Assembly: GCA_973895155.1 (NCBI GenBank)
Contig: OZ316891.1
Span: 5,923,708-5,987,707, forward strand
Length of the DNA stretch: 64,000 nucleotides
DNA from: Marsupella aquatica
Lineage: Eukaryota; Plantae; Marchantiophyta
Reading direction: 5' to 3'
The notes below the pieces were generated by a model. That model was not told where the DNA came from, searched no databases, and saw only the letters and a program-made list of their open reading frames with translations. Below, one piece after another: positions 32,643 to 44,155 of the stretch (positions are counted from its first letter, which is position 1; each line of letters opens with the position of its first letter). A program made the translations under genes and the position numbers.

Positions 32643-33921
32643 GGGGATTCGCTGGATTGTGATAATTGGTTGGGTCTCTTCGGAAAGTGAATTCATACAT
32701 CAGTCTTTTAGAGTGCTGACCCCTACAATCAATTCTTTCATTCGTTTTCTCTTTCTTTCTCTTGCGCGGAAGCTTGGAGATTTGAGACTAGACGCTTTGC
32801 GCTCAGCCTTAAATGTTTTCTCTGGGTTTTGTAGTGATCGTGTGCTCTTGGTACTAATTGATAGGTTTTTGTTCCAATGAATTGATTTATTTTCTCCTCC
32901 ATGGGCTTTGAAGTCTCAAGGAGTGGATAATGGACTCAATTGTTGTTTTCTGTTCCTCCTTGCCGCTGTAGCGACAACCTCCTGTATCCTCGAGAAGACC
33001 AAGATAGGAAACACCTCGTCTATGGCTGCAACAATTGTGACCACGAGGTACATTTCTTGCTTCACCCGACAATGGTGTTTTCTTGGTTCTGTCTTTGCAT
33101 ATCTGGCTTTTTAGCAATGCCACTAATTTTATTGAATTGGGTGCTACAACATCGCCGCTTCCAATCTGACAGGAGCTGGCCGAGAGCAATATTGTCTACT
33201 ACAAAGAGATTCGCCGCAGAGGTGATCAGCGTACCCCAGTACTGAATCCTGAACCGGTGCTGCCTGTTACAAAGTCTGTCCGATGTCCCACTTGCAGACA
33301 TGGAGAAGCAACCTTCTTTCAGGTACCGGTACCTTTCATTTATTCGTCATTATGGATACACTCTTGTGAATTCCAACTGTTTGGGTTCCTGGTTACTCAA
33401 GAATCCAGATTGTGTAAATTCTAACCGTATTTGCGGACAGGATTTCCAACTAAGGAATCCTTTTCGAGAAAAACTAACATGGAGGTTCCGATACTGTAAT
33501 TCTTTCCAACATTCCTCACCATTATCTTTCAAAAGTCCATTAGGTCATATGCAGCGCCTACCAAAAAGCCAACAATACCTGCCATAATGGTTCTCATGAG
33601 GATGGAGCGAAGCTTGATTAGTTGGCCTATTTCCACACACATGAAGGCTGGAAACAACTTCTGTCCTTGAAAGCATCTTAACTATTCAGATTGGATCTGA
33701 ATGCACACCTTTTTTTTGGTATGCAAGGAAGAAGCAATAGCAGAGGGCAGTTTGACTTTTGTGTGCAACCAGAGATTGTTCCGCAGCTGAATGATGCTTC
33801 ACATTTTGTCATCGTAAAAGGCTATTTTGTTTGTGAGCAGGCTGCATTAAGACAGAAGGACAGTTTAACTTTGATGTTCGTCTGCACCAACCCGACTTGT
33901 GGACATCAGTGGCACGACTGA
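32542..33921 (+). CDS. NRPB9: RNA polymerase II/IV/V ninth subunit (RPB9 family), divergent; 4 exons, 111 aa
   Basis: Exons 32542-32570, 32972-33047, 33173-33322 and 33841-33921 give MTTVKFCKECDNLLYPREDQDRKHLVYGCNNCDHEELAESNIVYYKEIRRRGDQRTPVLNPEPVLPVTKSVRCPTCRHGEATFFQAALRQKDSLTLMFVCTNPTCGHQWHD. Two zinc ribbons with all 8 Cys. Confidence 0.9.
32572..32640. repeat. (TC)n microsatellite, about 34 units
   Basis: Pure TC run beginning at the T of the GT donor of RPB9 intron 1. Confidence 0.98.
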
Positions 33922-34970
33922 CAGATAGGTTCAGAGCTGAATGCTGTTTCTGATATTTGCCAGGGAGCTAACTGGTGGCAGTGCAATTTTGTTTTCAATT
34001 CAAGCTATTCGAAGTCATGCTTATAGTCAACACGGTAAACACCAAGATTGTCTTCGATATACAACTTCTACAGCACTTTAAGAGCGGCAAATCGAATCGG
34101 TGGCAGTTTTGGCACAGCATTTTGAGGTTGCCAATTTTTGAGATGCCTACGAGATTACAGCACCGAGAATGGGCAGATTTTGGATCCCTTTGAAGGATTT
34201 CTCTTTTCGGAGGACATATGGAAGTGTATGGCATATATGCTAGTGTCATTTGAATTTATTGGACAGTGGCCCAAGTGTGTGGAAGACTATTCTTTACCGT
34301 AGCTTGAGGTAGTGTGTGTCGTGCATTCGCTGGTAAAGATAAAGAGAGTGATCAGGACAGGACTCTCTCCGGCAGATAATCCTCAGATAATAGTACTGGC
34401 ACCACTTCACCTGGGACCGCTTAGGAACTTAATCGACCCTATAGTGCATGCTTGAATTCGGACCTTCCAACTAAACTGAGATATTGTACCAAATTCAGCT
34501 TAGTTCAGTTTCGGAAATCAATCATTTGCACCCTTATGTTTAACATCTGCTCCACCTCATGGAAGCTTCTGTAGTAGGTTCTGTCGGATACAGTGAAACT
34601 AACAGTCGATAAATACGTTCGGTGTACATGGCGATGCAAATGTGAGGCATGGGGGGACTCACTGGGCGTTGTCAAAGTTGACTATCCAGGTCCCCACAGT
34701 CTCTATGCAAGTTTTGTTCTTAATGGCAACAAACCCATGAATAGTAAGTTCGCAGCGTTGTTGAGAGTAGATACCCATGCTCACATTCGAAGTGCAGAAC
34801 ACAGTTTATTCTGTGAGAATGTTAACAATTGAGAACTCGAGCATCCAAGTGATCTCTTGATCAGATAACAGTAAAACATGACTCCAGGTGATGACGGAAG
34901 GTTGGTTCAATCTCGAGAATGCAAGTCACGCAGCAGTATCGTGATGGACCTTTACAAGAAATTGTTTCGA

Positions 34971-35073
34971 GTGTCCCATCTCCAAAGGAATCCAGAACTG
35001 TTAGCAGAAGACAACGGATGGAGTGTCCCATCTCCAGAGTAATCCAGAATTGTTAGCAGAAGACAACGGATGG
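34971..35073. repeat. 52-bp tandem duplication
   Basis: GTGTCCCATCTCCA.AG.AATCCAGAA.TGTTAGCAGAAGACAACGGATGGA twice. Confidence 0.9.
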
Positions 35074-36062
35074 ATACTGGATCCCATAGATCGAGCACCT
35101 TCAAAGATACTGCATACATATTAGTCGTCTCGAAAAATCCGGCGAGAAACCTCGATGTACTAAGGTCTGGCAGACTCTCCAATGCCAACTCTGCACGCAC
35201 AGGTAGTTCACAATATCCTACTCAAAGCATTGACAGTGTCTTTCTTAAATCCTGATTGCAGAGGTTGTCCATGCTTTATCAATTGCAGGGACAAATGTCA
35301 TTTCCAAACTCTATAATCAGGAGGTCATGAAGCAATCCATTCTTTATAACAGTGACACTAGATATGGATGTCAGCACCGAAGCCCGAAAAATCCTCATTA
35401 GGATATGAAGGAACAGGTGGCAATTCCGGCGATAAAGTGGGTGTGGATATCGAATCTCACGCAAGAAATGTATAAATTGTATCCCACATCAGTATTCTAC
35501 AAACCGTTTCGTATGACGGATTCTACCTCAGTATGTTTTAAATTGCACCCTTGACATCTGGGCTCATATCTCTTCAGGGTAGTTAGAGAAGCCGGTAGGC
35601 ATTGAATCCCACCTTATCATTCCCACAAGTGTACCTAGGAATGTCGGTCAGAGTCTTGTCTGGCCGTAGAACCTAACCTCTGGACTTTTGCAAACTACCC
35701 AACTCGAATCAACTTCTGCACTTCTAATATTTACAGTACTGATAGCATAACTGGTGGCATCTTTGGGGCGCGACGAGAACTCGTTGTTCAAGTCCTTCCC
35801 AAGCAGCAGACGGCTAATCTGACGAGTAGCAACGAATTGGTTGTTGCTGAAGCTGCCAATACAAGCGATGGTCAGCAGATGGTCGGTGTAGGAAGCTTTC
35901 AGAAGATGTTCACCAAGTTCTTCGTATTACCCAAAATGCATGTAACGCGAGATGTAACGGCGTCGCCATGTCATACCTGCCAAAATCCAAGGAGACCTTG
36001 GAGATGGTGTAGCAAGCATGATTGTGCTTTTATGTACACTCATTCCGATGCTTGAGAGCTAG

Positions 36063-36422
36063 CTAGGTTCTCTTTACAAGTCTCATCTGCATAGATCCTG
36101 CAGTTAATCCCATGTATGCATCCCTGTTGACTTCGAAAACTTGTGCGAAGTAGGGTTCCTTTTGGAAGCTCTTCCTGGGCGTTAGCTCGTTGTCCACCGT
36201 GCTAGAAGCCCAGCTCACTGCCTTCTTGCTCCTGCCGCACCTGAACGAAATGCTCTCATCCTCCTCCAGCTGATGGTAGCAGATCTGAGGGTTTTCATGG
36301 AGCCCTTGTCGTACCAGCTTTTTTTGAACCTGAGTAGTAGTGGTAGTGGTTCTGGTGGTGCTCATGCTGCGTCTGCTACTGCAGGACAACGAAATGCTGA
36401 ATCTTGACAACTTATTCATCAT
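36063..36422 (-). CDS. Divergent inhibitor-3-like ORF (119 aa) with PP1-docking motif
   Basis: RSKKAVSWASSTVDNELTPRKS aligns with RPRKTVSWDLETVDNEHMQKKS of INH3 (27829-28227). Acceptor-like CTTAG| lies 4 nt before ATG 36422, as in INH3. Confidence 0.6.
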   Translation of the reverse strand: MMNKLSRFSISLSCSSRRSMSTTRTTTTTTQVQKKLVRQGLHENPQICYHQLEEDESISFRCGRSKKAVSWASSTVDNELTPRKSFQKEPYFAQVFEVNRDAYMGLTAGSMQMRLVKRT

Positions 36423-39400
36423 GTCTCTAAGCATGAGAACGCTAAGAAATCTTTCTCTGATTGATTCCTGACGCCTACACGTCTTCAAACTCCACAAAAT
36501 CACTTGAGAAAGGCTCTTCAGACAGAAGTGCTGGTCAGGACATTTTATTTGCAGCTCCTCATCCTAAATGTGCCTTGATTGAAGTAGTTCTGCAAGACTT
36601 CGGATTCCGATAGTGGGCTCCAAACAACGATATAACTCTCTGACTTTCTTGGTCGCTTCTGGCTGACAACCGACCTCTCTCTGTGAGGATATATACCGTG
36701 TCGACTCTTGGACGCTGACCCTTTCGTCACAATGGTCAAGCTAGAGATCGATACAGTCTGATTCCCCCTTGCAAGGGCGACGAGTGAGGGCCACCTTCGC
36801 ATGAACCTCAGTACCAAGTGACAACGCCCGGACCTCTCGCTCAAGTCTTCATGATCCTCAGTCACTCAGATGAACAGTACAGAGTACTCGGTCCACTCTG
36901 CTCTACCATTCTTCCTTTTCCTTCTTTCGTTCGCACGAAGGATCTGAGTGAGCTACATGGATCATTTAATTGCCGAGAAGCTGCAGCCCGCCGATTGTAC
37001 CTGTAGTAACGCTCCCTCGATTGACAAGAAATTAGAGCGATGCCATGGGGTACCCGTGTGGTGGAGAAATTAGATCTGTACCATTAAATGATTCCAAAAT
37101 CTTTGGAAAGTTGGAATTATGGGGTTGTCCCTTTACTGTTCATCCAAATTGTGTGACTGTCCATGATCATGAGACTTTGCTTGAAAAATGTACAGACTGA
37201 AGTGGGATTGCGGGTAGCAGTATAAGAGTACTAGTGGGTCTGTGGAATAATTAGACCTTCCTGAGTGGGCCAATGGTATTCACTGTAGGGATATCGTGCT
37301 CTTGTTGGCCACTGCCCAAATCCCTGGACTGGACTGGACTGGACTGAACTGAAACGAAAGATTATTTGTCCAAGTTATTATTCGCCATACACCACGATTT
37401 CTCAATCATACTCTATTCAACATGCATCTCAAATAAAAATCGTTTTCAACAGCTCAACTGAAAATTAACGTTACCACAACTCTCTCCAAATTTGATTGTA
37501 AGAATTTGTCTACTTGTGATGTTGCACAAGATCTAGAACAGAAATGTTCCAGATCTCATGTAACAGACTCTGTTCAAAATGAAATTGCGAGAATTCATTA
37601 CTTGCAGTCTGACGGCATTTTTAGTCCCACAAACTGATCGAACTCCAATAATAAAAGAAAGGTTGTCCCCAAAGGCGGGAGAAAGTAGATGGAAAACATC
37701 AAGAGATTCACATCAATCCAGGACTGTACTGCAGACATAACAAGAGCGGAGTTCTCCGCAATCTGGGGCTCATGTCCCTCCCCTCTCTTCTCCCTTCTCT
37801 TCAGCTTCAGCTGAGGCCCCTCCCTAGCCCAACGTGTAGAGTCTAGACACGAACGCGCTCAGCAGGACTATTATTTTGGCGGAGTTGACCAGTCCAGATT
37901 ATTCCTGACATGCTAGTTGTGGGCAGTCATGTCTAGTAGGATGCTGCTGCATGTCAGGACGAATCATCAGCGCGGTTCCTGCCTGAATGTCCGAAACACG
38001 GAAACACCTCCATTGTACTCCAGTCCTTCAGCTTTTCTTTTTGTGCAGCAGCAGCAAAAGTACTGTACCACAGTAGCTCCGACTTGCATACACACACAGG
38101 AGTCAAGCCTTCAGGAAGACACTGTCGAAGGATCGACGCATTCCTCAAGTTGTAATGCGCAGCTGCTACACGGCAAAGCGCAGTACAGTACAGTACAATA
38201 CAGTACATACACAAGATTTGAAACTCACAGATTCAGCTGAATGCGCTTGCACAGTTCATTTATGAGATGGAGATCGAACCTCTTCTCAGAGGTTCTCTAG
38301 TTGAACCAAATCATGCGCGGATGCTACATGAAAAGGTGCATGAGATAGATCTAGAACTCGATCACCACCGCTGCAGCAGATCGACCCGGCTAGAAGACTC
38401 GTTCAAAATCATCACCGGTGTCGATTCCGAAGCTTCAGCAGAAAGCAACGTTCTCATTGGATCGGATGCCGTTCCTCGAAGGAAAGCAAACGGATCGAAC
38501 ACGCATTGAATAATCTTTCGCTTTCAGGCAAATGGAAGACCCAAGATCTGGATTGCTATAGGCTGTCAATGAGGCTGAGACCGACCATTTCGCAAGTTTA
38601 AGAGCTCCTCAATTATCTATATGATCGAGGGTGGTTTGGGAATTCTAATGAGAATAGACATTTAGTGTAGATCTGATGGACTTTGCACGACGTGAACATT
38701 GATCTGCAGCTCATGTGATGGACGACATTACTGAGGGTAGTCATCGGAGCCTGTGGGGATTTTTGCTGGATGATGATGCATTGTTTCACACGGTATTCCT
38801 ATGGAACGGATGTGGGTTTCACGAACCAGTTTCCTCTTTCACAATTCATTATGTCAGTTCCTCATGTGTTAATTTCTCATTTTGTTTTTAGATCGGAAGC
38901 TTTTTTGACAACCAACAAATGAGGTCTGATGTGTTCATCTTGATATCTAAACACCACCAAGACACTTAATGTCATATATCTCGATGGCCTGCTCTGACTT
39001 ATATTCTAGAACGGTTGAACCTTCCAGGTCCAGGTGGATCACGCTTTATCGCCTGGCTGCTCGTTGGAATGGTGATTGTATTGTGTAATTTTTGCATCGA
39101 CTCTTGGTGACCCAGGGGTTCTCCTGACGGGCCGGCTAAATAAAAGTCAGAATTAGAAACTAAAGTCTAATGGTCTAATCCACTGTTGTGAGTAGATCTG
39201 CAAGAGGTAAGTACTCCTGCAGCAACACACGCTTTTGATGTGGGCCAATTACTGGGGGCAGAAAATGGATATCTTGGGCTTTACTTTGGATGCTGTGACT
39301 AGCTAGATGTACGTACAAGAGGTAAGTGCATATCCTCCAGCACAGCACTTTAATGTGGAGCAGTGGTGGCGATTACTAGGGACCGAAAATAGATAGTTCC

Positions 39401-41265
39401 CATTGTAAAGTCCCCAAGATCTATTGATCGGTTAACGAAAAGACTAAAATGACCCGTTAAGACAACTTTGTGGGTGACTGTCTCTGTAAATGAGATACCC
39501 GTGTCGAGAATAACCGTCTGATGAGACAAAGTTTAAAATGCAGGATTGCTCCCAATGTAGGATTGCTCCCCATCAGCCATGTCTCAAAGGCTCTTTGATG
39601 TTTATCTGACTTCCCATTCCTTTGGTTCTTTTGTGACATTGGGACATGACTGAAGTCCAATGTCAACGATGACTACAGTAATTCAAATTCCATAGGCTTT
39701 ATTCTTCGTCAAACAAATGTGGTGCGAGTGAAGATCCACAGTCCAATGCCAACTTGTAGCACTTTACCATTGACCTGCACTTGCTGGCAGAGCTTCCCTT
39801 TAGACATTGGAAGGTGGCTCGTTGTACTCTCTGGAAGGAAACGTGCGGCCAACGAAGATCTTTATCTTTAAGCAAGTTCAAGGCTAAACATGGATGTGGC
39901 ACTCAATTCTGGGCGTTTGTGCATCAAACGCGGATAATCTTCTTCCCCCATGAACCTGCTCTACCATTTTCGAGTGCTCTGTGATAGAATGCCCTCATTT
40001 AGCAGATGAAATGAACTGTAAAGTGCGCACTCCTGGAGAATTTTGTTGTAGGAATCTCACTTTACTAACCTTCAACTGTTTCAGTGTAATTACCTTGACG
40101 ACTCTGCCAGAGACGGTTTCGTGCAGTAACGGTTGGAATAAGATTTTTAGCATCTGCCACATTCATCAAAGCGTTGCATATTAATGATCCTGCCCGCCTG
40201 CATGTTTGTACAGGATGGGAGGTTCGTTTGACAACCAAACCTCAAATACTTTCTTGTGCTAGTTATGAATACGATTGGATCCTCAATTTGACATGCATCT
40301 TATTCATGCATTGTTCACCTTGGAGGGGACGGATACCTTAATGATGGTGCTTGGTAAAGCACAAGTGAATTGTATATCTTGGCTTGAGGGATTGAACGAG
40401 CAGTCATTTGCGTTTTAAATTTGACAAGATGAATAGGCTGAACTTCAAGTCTTGCAGAAATGGATTCCTTTTGACATTTACGATGTATTTCTTGGAGATC
40501 GTGGTCTGCTGCTTCCTTGGCTGCTTCGTGGAGTAATGGCATCGGATGTGCGGACACCAGTGAATTCCGATGATCGCCTCACACCATAAGCTTCGTTAAA
40601 GTAGAACTTCTCAAGATCCACCTGCCAACAGGCATTCCTGTGAATCACTTCATTGGAAGTATAAACAAATCTTGGAACTGTCATATACAAACGTAGGAAG
40701 TTGAAACAAGTGAATGCAATCATTTCATGGACACGACAGACCCCTTGCGAAACTACATCCCCTGTTCAGGAGGGGCACTAGCAGGACTACTGTGAGAAGA
40801 AGACGACAAGAAGACGTGTTAGTAATCAGAATCAGTTGTGCCAAGACTCGTGAGAAAACAATTCTCTTTCCAAAAGATGATTTCTACACATGAGAGGCTG
40901 CTGCCTGGGAGGACCAAAAAAAAAGCCAAAAGCTCTGTTCCCCCAAAAGGAAAGGGGGAAGCGGAGTCCAAAACAAAGGAGAGATTCTGCATTGGAAGCA
41001 TCATCACCACGATTACGCTTCCATCATTTGAACAGCGTCCCCATTATTCCCCTGGATTTATCAATACACTAACCTAATTGAATGCCTTTTCTATGTTTAT
41101 CTTATTCCGTAGCCGCCTGCCCAATGAGCTTAGCTCTTCTAATGACCAAATCCTACAAAACAGTGGCCAAAACAGTGAACTCTATGGAGCTTAATATAGT
41201 ACAAATTTCGAAACAGCGGTCGAGAGTGCACTGAGGCCAGTGTACTTTGTACTTTGTGCGTTTTT

Positions 41266-43973
41266 CTAATGACCATTGATTGGCGCAAGGAGATTCTCAT
41301 GACCAGTGACAAGAGGTTTCTGAGCACCATTCTCACAACGATTGGCATGACCATTGGCATGACCATTGGCATGACCGTTTGAAAGTGGAAGGGGTTTCTG
41401 ATGACCATTGACAACCGCATGGAATTTTACAGTTTCAGGTTGAGTGAATCCATCCTCATTGAAGATATCTTCCCAAATTCCAATCTCACGACGGCCATCG
41501 TCAGTCGCTGCTGCTCTATACATCCCTAAGGTGTTAAAGGACATGGCTAACTCTCCGGTGCTTGAGACAGCAATCAGCCCACCAGTGCCCTCCTCGAGCT
41601 TCTTCCAAACAACGGTCTCCACTGCCTCATTCAATGACAGGAACTTGTGTTCCATCTGTACTGATACTTCCCTTGCAGCCAGGGCCTGAATCATGGCTTC
41701 CCCTTTCCCAGTGGTGGACACAGCACAAAACTCATCTGCGTAAGTCCCAGCCCCTATCAACGGAGTGTCGCCAATTCGGCCGACCATTTTGTTTACAAGA
41801 CCTCCAGTGGATGTTGCCGCAGCACAACGTCCCTGGACATCGACAGCCACACATCCTACAGTTTCAAATTGGGCTTGGGCTTTCTCCTTGTCGCCGCTTT
41901 CAACAGAAGAGGCGCAGTGGTCCAACTGCAAAATACATATAAGATATTATCAGCCTTTCGAAACTTCTTTCAAGAAATTGTATAGATATTTGACTGTGTT
42001 TAACCGTGCAACATATGCCTTGCAGCTACTCGTTCATGCACGCTCCAGGGCTCAAGTGCCTAAAGTCGCAAACAAAAGGCCTCAAAACTCTGCTTTCGGA
42101 TAGCATTTGGAATCACACGAAACCGGAGAATCACCCTCAAACTTTGAAATGTAGCGGATCTATCCTGTTGATTCGCTGCAGGTGGCTGAAAAAAGTGAAT
42201 TCATTGACGTGTGACTGTTCAGGTGTTTATCAAATGCACCCTGCAGTACAGACTTACAAGAACTGAGCCAGTTTCCAAGGCCTTCTTCAGCCGCTCTCGG
42301 TTCTGTGCAGTTATGAAGTAGCCGGGGTCCTTAGTCTCCACACCCTACAAAACACGTGCTTCGTCAGTGAAAAGGGCTTTTTGCAGGAAGTCTCTTCTCC
42401 ACAACAGAACCTAGTGATGCACAATCCCTACACGTGCTTCGTCAGTGGAAAGGTATTTTTGCTGGAAGTCTCGTCTGCACAATAGAACCTAATAATGATG
42501 TCAAAAGTTCGCAGCACCGGTCAGTGCTGAGCTATCCAGTATCCACCGATACCCCGCTCTTGCCGTAACACTTCAAGACAGAAATATTGTTTTTTAATTT
42601 TATGCTTGTCAAATATTTGTACTGCTCAACAAGTCAGAACAACTCCTTTCCATGTACAAACAAACAGAAAGAATAAATATTGATCAGCGTGCGTAAGTCG
42701 CCTGTTGTTCTCTGGTTTCATATGCTCTATTGGCTGCCATGATCATTGGCCTCAAGCGTCCTCCGCACTCTGACACAATCATGTGGGACTGACTGCATGA
42801 TCCTCGCTTTTGAGGGTGATCGTCCTAGCAAGGCTGCATTAAAACTAGCTCGCAGACTCTAAAATTTGTGAGGTTCAACGTAGCTATAGTACCTCATACA
42901 AAAACCTCTATTCACGTATGACATCTGTCGCAATAGTTCTGGAGATCAATATCCCCAAGCAAGAAAGATCTCACCAAGAGGCCTTCATGCATAAACAAAC
43001 GTATTTGTACACAATCCTGGCCTTCATGCAGTAATTTTCAAAAAAGTGTGGTAAACTGCTCAGTTCAACGTGATTCTCTGGAAATCGTCGCTCCTCTGAA
43101 TTGCATGCATGGCTATTATCGTTCAGGATCAAGACAGGGTGTTGCGTTTCCGATGTTACTCTATATTAAGCATTTGATGACGTCAACGCACCTGCTCTCG
43201 AGCAAAAGCTTCAGCGCCTACGAATGCAATATATGCATGCGGAGTTTTCTCCATCACCAACCGAGCCAGAGAAATGGGATGCACCACCGTCGAGAGTCCC
43301 GACACTGCCCCGCTCTTCTTCGTGACACCGTCCATAATACTGGCCTCCATCTCCACCGTACCCTTCGTCGTTAGCACGGAGCCAACTCCGGCGTTGAACA
43401 TGGGGCAGGCTTCCAGGAGCTTCACCTGCCAACCCACCAAGAATCATGACCATCAAAATTTCCAGTAACTTCACGGGAAAACGAGTGTTACAACAATCTC
43501 CAGGAAGCATATCGATGGAGAAACACTGAACGCTTGTTTCTGAAACACTGACTGTCGTATTTCAAGCGGGCCGGCCCCACGTAGCCATCAACTGCTCTTA
43601 TCATGAGGAGTGAGAATATATTCCGAGACAATGAACTCTTTTCCGCCAGTGAATGCAATGTCTATCTCCACGTTGCAGCTTCACTCCGATTGAAACATTA
43701 TCACCTGGGTTATGTCTGCTCATAGACGCATTACGCATACACAGAGTGCAGTGCAGATAGCGGATGAGAGAAGGAGAGGAGGATACAGAGGCAGGTGACA
43801 CATGTACGTACCACGAGCTCTACCACTTCCAATGCGGGTCGAGAGTCGCTAAGGGCAGCAATACCGGCGTCCAAGAATTCGCCGAGGTTTGCTTCAGCTG
43901 CCTCTCGCTGAGCTGTCGGCATGTTCTTCAGAACCTTTCCAGCCCCTCCATGCAATGCAATAGCCCATCCCAT
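41266..43973 (-). CDS. Isoaspartyl peptidase / L-asparaginase (plant-type Ntn hydrolase); 4 exons, 380 aa
   Basis: Exons 43973-43812, 43425-43192, 42344-42258 and 41925-41266 join in frame (1143 nt). [31 protein letters not shown], autocleavage site E|[35 protein letters not shown]. Confidence 0.96.
42343..42497. repeat. About 80-bp duplication of the 3' end of asparaginase intron 2
   Basis: CCCTACA...CACGTGCTTCGTCAGTG.AAAGG..TTTTTGC.GGAAGTCTC.TCT.CACAA.AGAACCTA at 42343 and 42426. Confidence 0.85.
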
Positions 43974-44130
43974 CTCAGCTTCTCTTCTCCCTCTCTTTCT
44001 CGACCTCCAGGAGCTCTCTCACTTCTCTCTGACGATATGATACAGAATCACAGACACAATGTCTGAAATCGAAAGCACTTTAAAAGGCCGCGGGAGATCG
44101 AGGCCGGAGATAGTCCTCCCCCAATGCACG

Positions 44131-44155
44131 TCTCTCTCTCTCTCTCTCTCTCTCT
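44131..44155. repeat. (TC)n microsatellite upstream of the asparaginase gene
   Basis: About 12 TC units. Confidence 0.9.

Noticed and set aside
32412-32880. ERERER / SLSLSL ORFs
   Set aside because: Artefacts of the (TC)n microsatellite in RPB9 intron 1.
36545-36865. 106-aa ORF upstream of the INH3-like ORF as an LTO1 duplicate
   Set aside because: No GX3 repeats or other similarity to LTO1.
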